Below, one piece after another: positions 27,754-35,806 of a DNA stretch of 64,000 bases. Position 1 is the first letter of the stretch, and the number at the start of each line of letters is the position of its first letter. The notes under the pieces were generated by a model. That model was not told where the DNA came from and did not search any database. It worked only from the letters and a program-made list of their open reading frames with translations. Source of the DNA: a virus; IMG/VR virus record IMGVR_UViG_3300002092_001594, positions 1 through 64,000 of that record; one strand, given 5' to 3'. Both the position numbers and the translations under genes were made by a program.

Positions 27754-29184
27754 TTAATAAACGATTGGATGTGCTGATTTTTTTCTGGGTTGCTTTTCTA
27801 CCTTAATAAGTTCGTACTTATGTCTTGGCTTCCATTTAGCGAAAGTTTCTTCGATACCGTCAATAACGTTCTTAGACATCATTCTAGACGATTGCATAGA
27901 CTCATCTGAAGTAACCCATTCTCTAGCTGCTTGACCTCTTACCTCTCTTTCTTCTGGAGTTAAATCATAAACCTCTTTAATAGCTGCTGCAATATCTCTA
28001 AAGTCAGCTCTATCATCAAAGATGTATGGAGTTGGTATAGAACCTACGATACTCATATTACTAGGATATACCGGGAAGGCCCACTTGCCGTGCTTTTTAT
28101 AAGTACCGAAATGGTTAGAGCAGAAGTTTTCATTAAAGTCAATCCATTCCCCTTTTTCATTTTCAAATCTTAACTGGTCTTGCATACCACCTGTAACTGT
28201 AGCTATAATAGGCTTACCACACATCATGGCTTCAGTTAAAGATAAGCCCCATCCTTCGTTAGAAGAGATTAAAGCTGTAACATCTGCGCAGTTATACATC
28301 GTACTCATTTGATAAGGTGTGTATCTATTCTCACAGAAGACTACTCTTTGGTATTCTGGATCACAGAACAACTCTATTACTGTAGGTAGGTCTGTACCAT
28401 TTTCATCTAGCTTTTGAGTATGTAAAAGTAAAGCACATTTCTTAGCTTTCTCTTTACCTATCTTATCACAGAATTGAGCATATGCTAAAATTAAATCAGA
28501 AGTACATTTACGTCTAATATTTCTAGCATTATATAAAACTACAAACTCTGGTTGATTATCTCCAAAGTATTGCTTTCTCATTGCAATAACTTCAGGGTCA
28601 TTTTTACTCTTAACAGTAAAGACATCTTCATTAATACCGTGAGGTACATACTTAATAACTTTATCTTTAGCTTTCTCTCCTAATACAAGTCTGTTAATGT
28701 TAGCAGTTTGTTTTGAGATAGCTAATAAACCGTCGCAAGATTCGTAATAAGGCTTATTATACAGAGGAGCAGGTAAATCATCCCAGATGTTTAAATAAAT
28801 CATAGGAAGCTTTTTCCTTAATTCATTCTCCATTTGAAATAACCATATCCAATATCTTGGATCTGTAAAGAACATAATAGCATCTGGCTTCTCTAATTCG
28901 ATTACTTGACGAACTAACTCCGGACTACCATAGCCTGAGGTTGGAATTATAAACACTGAAGCATCTGGAATTCCTGCAAGCTGTGCTGTATCTTGACAGA
29001 TATCAAACCTCTTACCTTGATCAGGATGATTAATAGCAGCTCCTAGGTTTACCCAGTTAAAACGATGTGCTGTTCCAATGACAATTTCTTTAGCCATTGT
29101 AGAGATACCAGATGTAAATCTAATATCATCGCAGAGTAGTAGAATTTTCTTTCTATCTGCCTGTGAAATGTAACCTTCTTTCAT
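27754..29184 (-). CDS. Glycosyltransferase family 4 (GT-B)
   Basis: VPHG, RNIRRK, NEGWGLSLTEAMMCGKP, TGG. Confidence 0.9.
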   Translation of the reverse strand: MKEGYISQADRKKILLLCDDIRFTSGISTMAKEIVIGTAHRFNWVNLGAAINHPDQGKRFDICQDTAQLAGIPDASVFIIPTSGYGSPELVRQVIELEKPDAIMFFTDPRYWIWLFQMENELRKKLPMIYLNIWDDLPAPLYNKPYYESCDGLLAISKQTANINRLVLGEKAKDKVIKYVPHGINEDVFTVKSKNDPEVIAMRKQYFGDNQPEFVVLYNARNIRRKCTSDLILAYAQFCDKIGKEKAKKCALLLHTQKLDENGTDLPTVIELFCDPEYQRVVFCENRYTPYQMSTMYNCADVTALISSNEGWGLSLTEAMMCGKPIIATVTGGMQDQLRFENEKGEWIDFNENFCSNHFGTYKKHGKWAFPVYPSNMSIVGSIPTPYIFDDRADFRDIAAAIKEVYDLTPEEREVRGQAAREWVTSDESMQSSRMMSKNVIDGIEETFAKWKPRHKYELIKVEKQPRKKSAHPIVY

Positions 29185-29191
29185 GTAACTT

Positions 29192-29398
29192 TTATTCTGT
29201 TGGTTTAGTATAACGTGCGTTTAATTGATTGTTGATAGTTTTTTTAAACTCCTCGTCTGTTAAATATAAGAACATTGAGCGTTCTAACAAATTTCTCATG
29301 GTAATTTTATTTTTTACCGCTTCTGATTTAAAAGTATTGAATAAATCGTCTTGAAGCCTGACTGTTGTAAGGATGTCTCCTTTCTTTCCGATATGCAT
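29192..29398 (-). CDS. Ribbon-helix-helix DNA-binding protein (putative)
   Basis: LTTVRL strand followed by two helices. Confidence 0.5.
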   Translation of the reverse strand: MHIGKKGDILTTVRLQDDLFNTFKSEAVKNKITMRNLLERSMFLYLTDEEFKKTINNQLNARYTKPTE

Positions 29399-29448
29399 AA
29401 TATATTATTTCTTAATAAATAGTCAGTACTATATATAGAACTATATAT

Positions 29449-30330
29449 CTAATCATTCTTTTTATCACATAATTCCAGCTTGTCGATATAAGGACAGAAC
29501 TTGCATTTATCTATATTCTTAGGATACTTCTTTTCCTGGTATTCTCCTTCTACTGTAAAAGCATCTTTAACGAAATTCTGAATATCTTCAAAAGCATCGT
29601 TTACTTTCTTAGTACCGTTTGCTGGTTTAAACTCTTGTACTCTCTTAGGGGCAAACTCTAAATTCTCATTGATTTTCCTACGGACTATAAAAAACTGTAC
29701 GTCTATCTTGTCTTCTGGTATTCCTTTTAAATTCGAAAAGAATTTCTTATAAAGAAGTATCTGATTAACCTTTACTTGATCTTTTTTCTCATAATCAGAC
29801 CAACCTCTTGTTGAGGTCTTGATATCGTAAATGATATACTTATCTAAAGCTTTATCGTAGATAACTAAGTCAATAAAGCCTTTCATAGTAACTTTATCGT
29901 AACCTTCTACGATAGGTCCTGTAATAGGAATTTCTATACCTATAAGCTTGGAGTTCTTCTTACTAAAGAATAAATTCCTTTTGCGTTTAAAAAACTCTAA
30001 GATAGCTACAGCATCTTCGTAGAACTCTGATAGCTCTTGCGGAGTAGAGAAATGGCCTGCATGAGCATTTGCTTTATACAGCTCCATTAGCTTAGTCTTA
30101 AAATAGGTAGGAAGATGTATCTTATCTGCTTCAGTAGCAGATTTATCAAACATTACTTGAAGATAGTTTTGTATTGTTTCATGAGCAGCAGTTCCGAAAA
30201 TTAAATGTATTGATGGTTTAAAGATTTTTAAGCCTCTAGCATATTCTAGATACCATCTATAGTTACACTGTTTATATACAGCATATTGGCTATAGCTAAC
30301 TGTCTTACTCTTTACTTTTTTCTTTTCCAT
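29449..30330 (-). CDS. PD-(D/E)XK RecB/Cas4-like exonuclease
   Basis: SYSQ..C, FGTAAHE, GFIDL, DIKT, Q..LY, C..CPY...C. Confidence 0.88.
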   Translation of the reverse strand: MEKKKVKSKTVSYSQYAVYKQCNYRWYLEYARGLKIFKPSIHLIFGTAAHETIQNYLQVMFDKSATEADKIHLPTYFKTKLMELYKANAHAGHFSTPQELSEFYEDAVAILEFFKRKRNLFFSKKNSKLIGIEIPITGPIVEGYDKVTMKGFIDLVIYDKALDKYIIYDIKTSTRGWSDYEKKDQVKVNQILLYKKFFSNLKGIPEDKIDVQFFIVRRKINENLEFAPKRVQEFKPANGTKKVNDAFEDIQNFVKDAFTVEGEYQEKKYPKNIDKCKFCPYIDKLELCDKKND

Positions 30331-31010
30331 ACGTAACCTTTTAATGTTTTGGGTTTATCTAAGTAGTACCTTAGTAATCCTTTACTTAGAGAGTACCTAT
30401 CGCTTACTTCTTTTATAGACGTCCATTGTTTAATAATAAGGCCATCTTCATGACATTGTAACACTGTTACTGTACGTCTCTTTACTTTACTATAATCTGT
30501 ATTAGCTCTCCTCTTCGCAACGGTTTCAGAAGATTGCTTCTTTCCATACATTGAATGTTCTTTCCCTGGTTTAAAAGTAGTTCTATTAGATTTCATAACG
30601 CCTTTTGTATCTTTATTCCAGGAAGTTTGTAAACCTTTCTTTCCTTTGTTCCAAGGCACTCTTCCTTTTCTACTATCGTATAAATGTTCTCTATTAGGAT
30701 GGTTTGTAGCTAAGTCTCCTCCAGTACCTCCTTCAGTTAAATTATATCCTACCGGATATAAACTTTGATGCTTTTTTATGTAATCGATTTCTAGCTGATC
30801 TAACTGTTCATATGTTTCTGCTATATGAATTATTTTGACACTGAATTGATTCCATCCATGACTCTTTATAGCAGAGTACAAGGGAGATTTTACCTTATCT
30901 ACATTTCGCTTATGAGTTTTAATACGTTTCTCTAAGTTTTTTGCTTGTCCTATATAACACTTACTGTCTAGTAGATTAGTAATTTTATAAATAACATTAG
31001 TACCTTTCAT
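30312..31010 (-). mobile_element. GIY-YIG homing endonuclease with NUMOD3-type repeats
   Basis: VIYKITN..YIGQ..R..H, GYNLTEGG, PWNKG repeats, MYGKK.S.E. Confidence 0.9.
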
Positions 31011-31071
31011 AATTCCTTATTTATAATAAATAGTTCATTGCAGTACCAAAAATAAAAAGAACAGGACTTAG

Positions 31072-31335
31072 TTACTTTATGTCTTTTTCTTCTAATTCCT
31101 GTTTAAGCTTTTCTAAATACAAAATACCGTCCATTAATTCTTGTTTAGCATGCTCAATCCAATCTAGTGTAGTTAAGTCTTTACGATCTAAATCAGTACC
31201 GTACTTCTCTTTACCAAACTGAGCTCTTTTGACAAACTGGTTAATAATAGAAGTAACTACTGTATCAGTAACGTAACCGTCTTCAAACTCTACAGGAGTA
31301 CTTGGATAGCTAAACTCTTTAATGTCTGTTTCCAT
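31072..31335 (-). CDS. All-alpha (MazG-like) dNTP pyrophosphohydrolase candidate
   Basis: G.EKYG...W.EHA.QELMD..LY. Confidence 0.55.
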   Translation of the reverse strand: METDIKEFSYPSTPVEFEDGYVTDTVVTSIINQFVKRAQFGKEKYGTDLDRKDLTTLDWIEHAKQELMDGILYLEKLKQELEEKDIK

Positions 31336-31553
31336 TATAAACCTAAGTTTTTAGGTTGGAACTTCTCGTTTACATAACCACACTTAGTACATGCAAAGCT
31401 TGGGATAGGAACTAAAGCGTCCTGATCTGTACCTGCAATAAACTTACTTACTTCGCGTAAGAAAGTTACTTGTTTAAAAGTTTCACATCCACACTCCTCG
31501 CATACGATAGGAGTAGTCTTGTCCATTGTAATGTTTAAATTCTGCTGTGCCAT
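31335..31553 (-). CDS. Zinc-ribbon protein
   Basis: CEECG...CTKCG. Confidence 0.7.
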   Translation of the reverse strand: MAQQNLNITMDKTTPIVCEECGCETFKQVTFLREVSKFIAGTDQDALVPIPSFACTKCGYVNEKFQPKNLGL

Positions 31554-31570
31554 ATTATTTATTTTATAAT

Positions 31571-31604
31571 TTAAATGTAAAATAAAAAAACCAATCTATC
31601 AACT
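31571..31604 (-). promoter_or_regulatory. Class I promoter overlapping the RNA-operon terminator
   Basis: AGTTG-N20-TACATTTAA. Confidence 0.65.
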
Positions 31605-31617
31605 TTTAGACTGGTTT
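31584..31617 (-). terminator. Terminator after the RNA cluster
   Basis: AAACCAGTCTA...TAGATTGGTTT plus U tract. Confidence 0.7.
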
Positions 31618-31622
31618 AATTT

Positions 31623-31785
31623 TGCTGTAGGAGAAGGACTTGAACCTTCACGCAGCGATTCGGAAAGTAACACAATGCTTGCAAGCAGGTGGTCAACCCC
31701 ATATTACTTTTCTATTTCGTTCTCTGCACCCTCGAGACGAGAGGGTGTGTCTGCCAGGCATCGATAGCCTTCCACCATCCTACAG
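31623..31785 (-). ncRNA. Expanded tRNA-like RNA (~160 nt) with a Leu-type body
   Basis: Acceptor (C)TGTAGGA/TCCTACA(G); T arm GAAGG-TTCAAGT-CCTTC; D arm GTG..GGCAGA-CAC with inserted hairpin; ~75-nt variable arm. Confidence 0.75.
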
Positions 31786-31789
31786 TATA

Positions 31790-32038
31790 CTAATAGACGT
31801 TATCTTCTTGGTCTATTCTAAAATCCAATTTAGTCTGATCAATTCTAGCTTGCTCTGCTTCTTTGTACCAGCGTATCCAAGTTAAAGATACATCGACTGG
31901 AGCTAATACCCAAGCCATAACTAATACCATAATAGCATCTAGTTCAGGAGAATTATATTCAGTTCCTGATCTTTTATATCTTTTGTTTAATTGATAAAAG
32001 CAATAGATAACACAAATAATGTAATAAGTCAAAAACAT
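31790..32038 (-). CDS. Small two-TM membrane protein within the RNA cluster
   Basis: Hydrophobic segments; similar layout to 4032..4322. Confidence 0.6.
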   Translation of the reverse strand: MFLTYYIICVIYCFYQLNKRYKRSGTEYNSPELDAIMVLVMAWVLAPVDVSLTWIRWYKEAEQARIDQTKLDFRIDQEDNVY

Positions 32039-32052
32039 AATAAATAATTTTG

Positions 32053-32137
32053 CGGAAAGCCAAGGATTCGAACCTCAGAACCTGTTACAGTTGCCGGTTT
32101 TCAAGACCGGTGCATTCAACCACTCTGCCAGCTTTCC
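32053..32137 (-). tRNA. tRNA-Ser(UGA)
   Basis: GGAAAGC acceptor, CCGGT-CTTGAAA-ACCGG, long variable arm, TTCGAAT; CCA not encoded. Confidence 0.93.
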
Positions 32138-32142
32138 AATAG

Positions 32143-32240
32143 GATGAGGTTTAGCGGCCAACTAAACAAAGTTACTACTTGCTCTCACCTCGAGTTACAC
32201 GTGACAGTTACGGGTGAATAGGGTTTCGTCAACACTCATC
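32143..32240 (-). ncRNA. Unidentified structured RNA A
   Basis: GATGAG/CTCATC closing stem, TCACC/GGTGA, GTTTAG/CTAAAC, possible TGACG/TGTCA pseudoknot. Confidence 0.55.
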
Positions 32241-32244
32241 TTTG

Positions 32245-32316
32245 AGCTCAGTCCCAGACTTGAACTGGGGATACAAGATTACAAATCTAGCGTTATACCA
32301 ACTTAACTAACCAAGC
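32245..32316 (-). tRNA. tRNA-Thr(UGU)
   Basis: GCTTGGT/ACTGAGC acceptor, loop TT-TGT-AA, CCCAG-TTCAAGT-CTGGG; one U-U mismatch in the anticodon stem. Confidence 0.85.
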
Positions 32317-32318
32317 AT

Positions 32319-32508
32319 TACAACTTTTATATTCACCTTCAGAGTTGTCAACTGTGCCTACACCGACGATTAGGAGCTATTAAGCGAGCAGATCTTACGG
32401 TATGCCACGGCTGTGTTTCGATCCCGTGTACTTAGGGCTAATTATTTAAAGGACACCTTTATTAGTTATTTAAACGTGAGAGGACGGAATCCGTAGCCCC
32501 AGCGTTCC
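32319..32508 (-). ncRNA. Unidentified structured RNA B (multi-pseudoknot)
   Basis: GAACG/CGTTT, TGGGGC/GCCCTA pseudoknot, CACGG/CCGTG, ATACCG/CGGTGT, ACAACT/AGTTGT. Confidence 0.55.
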
Positions 32509-32520
32509 TTAAATATTTTA

Positions 32521-32646
32521 GGAAAGTAGAAGATGGGTGCGTGGACATCTACTTTTACGATTGGCATTACTTTGGTATCGTTTAACCGCCTCACCCTATA
32601 CCGGCCCTTTCTACAGTTAAAAGGTATAGGGTTTCCCAATCAACCT
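32521..32646 (-). ncRNA. Unidentified structured RNA C
   Basis: GATTGG/CCAATC, CCCTATACC/GGTATAGGG, AAAGTAGA/TCTACTTT stems. Confidence 0.6.
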
Positions 32647-32650
32647 ACTT

Positions 32651-33056
32651 TGTGGAGACGCAGGGAATTGAACCCTGGTCTTGCGAAGTAATTATAATAC
32701 CAGCGTATCACACGTTTAGATCTACGTTTTAAGCTGATCAGTAGTGAAAGGGCCGTACAGTTAAGTACCAGCTACCACCACTTGGTTTTATGACTACCAA
32801 GAAACTCCCAGAAGGAGCAGAGCTATAATACTGAGACTATAGCGGGGTTTGTCACTTCTTTTTAAAGTCCCATGAGTGATACGGGATGTGATTAAGCAGC
32901 GTAAGCGTACTCATCAGCACCTACGAAAGACATTAAGTCTTCGAAGGTCATAGTTGACATTTCGTCGTTTGTTGTTTTGCAAGTATTTAAAGACATTCAT
33001 GCTTTGTCTACGTGTGGTACTATCCTTCTCATCGCAATCAATACCAAGTCGTCCCC
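32651..33056 (-). ncRNA. ssrA: tmRNA
   Basis: GGGGACG/CGTCTCC-A acceptor with G3-U70; T arm CAGGG-TTCAATT-CCCTG; tag ORF 32892..32966 ending YAYAA*. Confidence 0.93.
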
Positions 33057-33155
33057 ATATTTTAAAGAACTGTATTATAAATATATAAAAATATATTAAA
33101 AGACCTTTCTAACTACGTAGTCTTTGCAGGCCGGACACCCTGACGTGTTTTTCTC

Positions 33156-33365
33156 TTACTTAGAAGCTGAATCTAATTCTGCTTTTCTCTTTTTGTTTAA
33201 CTCTTTGTAGTAGTTAGTGTCTTGCTTTACTTCTGGAGTAGCTACACTTGTGTCTACTGTAGTAGAATCAGTACTTACTGTAGTTGAATCAGTTTTTACT
33301 TCAGTAGAAGTACCACCACATGCAGTTAAAGCTGCGATAGCAAACATTGCGATTACTTTTTTCAT
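33156..33365 (-). CDS. Small lipoprotein
   Basis: MKK-hydrophobic-LTAC lipobox; DSTTV repeats. Confidence 0.8.
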   Translation of the reverse strand: MKKVIAMFAIAALTACGGTSTEVKTDSTTVSTDSTTVDTSVATPEVKQDTNYYKELNKKRKAELDSASK

Positions 33366-33383
33366 CTTGTTTTCTTTTTTTGT

Positions 33384-33635
33384 TTATTTAAATTGCGATA
33401 ACACTTGAGTTAGTTGCGGCTTGGACATTACTCCAGAGTTTCTATAAACTACGTTTCCGCCATTCTCTACTATGATAGTAGGAACGCTTGACACGTTATA
33501 TCTCTGTGCCATATCTTTTTGTTGATCTACATCAATATAATTAATACCTACGCCCGTTTCTGCACTTACTGCTTGAACTGTAGGTTTGAACATCTTACAT
33601 GGACCGCACCATGTTGCTGTGAAGTATAATACCAT
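33384..33635 (-). CDS. trxA: Thioredoxin
   Basis: WCGPC and VPT motifs. Confidence 0.92.
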   Translation of the reverse strand: MVLYFTATWCGPCKMFKPTVQAVSAETGVGINYIDVDQQKDMAQRYNVSSVPTIIVENGGNVVYRNSGVMSKPQLTQVLSQFK

Positions 33636-33661
33636 TTTTATCTTTTTATAAATGTATGAAC

Positions 33662-33997
33662 TTATTCTGAATCATCCAACTTTACTGAATGTTTTTCTTG
33701 AACTCCTGTAATTGCAGTAAATACCGGTTCTACCTTGTATACAGAGTTTACTGTATAGGCTAAGTCGTGACCTTCTTTCTCTTCTAGTATTAAAACTTGA
33801 GAGGTATTAAAAAATCTATCTCCTTCAATAATAAGGAAGCATTGATGTTCATTAGACTTTTCTAAGTTAATCCTTCCTTCTTTCACATACCCTACATCAA
33901 TACCGTTTGGATGCTTACCGTTAAATCTGGTATCTGTTATCTTACTTAGACGTATTACCGTATCTTTATACTTTTTAAAATCTATTAATTCGCTCAT
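33662..33997 (-). CDS. Hypothetical protein
   Basis: HPNGI..G...FNTS.V...T.NSVY motif. Confidence 0.65.
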   Translation of the reverse strand: MSELIDFKKYKDTVIRLSKITDTRFNGKHPNGIDVGYVKEGRINLEKSNEHQCFLIIEGDRFFNTSQVLILEEKEGHDLAYTVNSVYKVEPVFTAITGVQEKHSVKLDDSE

Positions 33998-33998
33998 A

Positions 33999-34436
33999 TT
34001 ACTTTATTTTAAATTTAATATTTTTCTTTCCTAACTTAATTGACTCTATAATCAAGTCCTCGTAATCTTTTCCAAAGAACATTTTTAAGTTCATTCCTCT
34101 AGAAAGATAAGGACCTCCTGAAGGATCTACCATATCGATAGTATCTTTGTCTGAATAAATATACTTTCCGAATAGTGTATAAAGAGCATTATACCCGTAA
34201 CTTTCTTCGTCCTTTCTAACATATAATGCTTTCTCAAATTCTTCCTGTGTCATTATTTGATTACCTTCTAGCTTGGCATCCACAACTGCACTCTCAACAT
34301 ACTTTTCATAAGCTGTATCGTATACATTAGGCCAGCTATACCTATAGTAAGGGCTATAGCCAGACATAGTTACAGTTTTTCCCTTATGATCAAAGGTAAT
34401 TTTATCTTTGTAGCGATTATAGTAGATTGCTTTCAT
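33999..34436 (-). CDS. Hypothetical protein
   Basis: NRY.D, VDPSGGPY motif. Confidence 0.65.
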   Translation of the reverse strand: MKAIYYNRYKDKITFDHKGKTVTMSGYSPYYRYSWPNVYDTAYEKYVESAVVDAKLEGNQIMTQEEFEKALYVRKDEESYGYNALYTLFGKYIYSDKDTIDMVDPSGGPYLSRGMNLKMFFGKDYEDLIIESIKLGKKNIKFKIK

Positions 34437-34439
34437 ATA

Positions 34440-34473
34440 GTAAAGGTAAGGAGACTTATTCAGACTATCAACT
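34440..34473 (-). promoter_or_regulatory. Class I promoter
   Basis: AGTTG-N20-TACCTTTAC. Confidence 0.7.
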
Positions 34474-34475
34474 TT

Positions 34476-35804
34476 TTATATGTTTATTTTTGAACCTAAA
34501 GCAAATACAGACATCATTGGAGTACTTGGATTAGTACTTATATTAACTTTAAAATTAATATTTAACTTAAACCTTTTAGAAAATCTAATATCTGTTCCGG
34601 CACCTGTAAAAAAGGAAACGTTAGCGTCGTAGGTTGCTTTCTTATCTTTCTGTCCAAACATTACAGGAGAGGAAATTACATAGATTTCTGGAGAGATTGT
34701 TTGCTTTTTACTAATCTGGAAAGGTCTGGTATAAAAGGTTATGATAGATGGTGATAGCATAACTTGATTACCTGTTAAGATAAGGGAATTTCCACTTAAA
34801 GCAAGTCCTGCAACAGCTCCTTTATCTAGAGGCTTGACAAAGCTCCATCCGTAGAAAATAAACTTATTGTTCCAGTCCGTTACATAGGTTATGCTAGTGG
34901 AAGTTACTCCATATACTTTTCCATTCTTCATTATAATATCAGAAGTACTTCCTCCGATTACTATTTGTTTTAAATCTAACCTAATTGAAGTACTTAATCC
35001 GTAGCTAAACATTCCTTCGTTTAAAGTCTTAGACATATTAACATTGAAAGTAGGTACTATAGTCGTACCCATTTGCATTACGGATAGATCTGCCTTAACT
35101 ACAGGAGGGTTAGCTTTTCGCTCTTCTTGTTTCTTTTTCTTCTCTTCTTTTTGCTTTTTCTTCTCTTCAGATTTTTTTTCTGATTTAGATTCTGATTTAC
35201 TTTCAGAAGAGCTGCTTTTACTCTCAGAAGAACTACTACTCGACCCTCCTTCTGATTTGCTTTGCCCTCCTTCGCTGCTTCCCGATGAGGAACTGGACGA
35301 AGACGATTCCCCAGAAGAGGATGACGATTGGGATTGTGAGGATGATCCCGACGAAGTTGATGGAGAGGAGGAAGATGCTGCTGAACTCGAAGCACTTGAT
35401 GCGGCGGAAGAAGCAGCGGAAGAAGCACTTGAACTTGCTGAAGAGGAAGCTGAGCTTGCTGCAGCGGAAGCGGCGGCTGAAGCGGCTTGTGAGGCTGCAT
35501 TGGATGCAGCTTGAGCGGCTTGTTGTGCTACCGTTGCTGTTATGGCTACTGGACATGGCGTTGAAAAGATTTCATTAACCCATTTAGTTACAGTTCCAGA
35601 AGCGAAGTCGGCGTATGTGAAAAGTCTAGATTTACTTCTAATAAGTACTAGTACTCCAGGTTGATTAGATGAGATAGGAACTACTACTGTGTAAACTTTG
35701 TTATCACAGGGGTCAATGTAGGTTTGAACAATATTCTGACTGTTAGCTTTAAAAGCTATTAAAAACAAAACTGATATTAGGGTACTTAATATCCATTTTT
35801 TCAT
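34476..35804 (-). CDS. Exported protein: N-domain, Ala/Ser stalk, Lys/Glu segment, putative C-terminal beta-barrel
   Basis: Signal peptide; two Cys; low-complexity linker; amphipathic beta-strands. Confidence 0.6.
   Translation of the reverse strand: MKKWILSTLISVLFLIAFKANSQNIVQTYIDPCDNKVYTVVVPISSNQPGVLVLIRSKSRLFTYADFASGTVTKWVNEIFSTPCPVAITATVAQQAAQAASNAASQAASAAASAAASSASSSASSSASSAASSAASSASSSAASSSSPSTSSGSSSQSQSSSSSGESSSSSSSSGSSEGGQSKSEGGSSSSSSESKSSSSESKSESKSEKKSEEKKKQKEEKKKKQEERKANPPVVKADLSVMQMGTTIVPTFNVNMSKTLNEGMFSYGLSTSIRLDLKQIVIGGSTSDIIMKNGKVYGVTSTSITYVTDWNNKFIFYGWSFVKPLDKGAVAGLALSGNSLILTGNQVMLSPSIITFYTRPFQISKKQTISPEIYVISSPVMFGQKDKKATYDANVSFFTGAGTDIRFSKRFKLNINFKVNISTNPSTPMMSVFALGSKINI
35143..35530 (-). 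repeat. Low-complexity Ala/Ser/Glu/Lys codon repeats
   Basis: Encodes AASSAASS..SSSSSESKS..EEKKK. Confidence 0.8.
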
Positions 35805-35806
35805 TA

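Noticed and set aside
29449-30330. CRISPR-Cas system suggested by the Cas4-like nuclease
   Set aside because: No repeat-spacer array or other cas genes; solo PD-(D/E)XK nucleases are common in phages
31640-31885. 81 aa plus-strand ORF
   Set aside because: Antisense to the tRNA-like RNA, TTG start, no protein features
32143-32646. Hammerhead or HDV-like (theta) ribozymes behind the tRNAs
   Set aside because: GATGAG..GAAAC lacks the CUGA core; no P3/L3/P1.1 or catalytic J4/2 pattern was found
35044-35578. Several alternative-frame and antisense ORFs of 97-156 aa
   Set aside because: By-products of the low-complexity Ala/Ser codon run within 34476..35804
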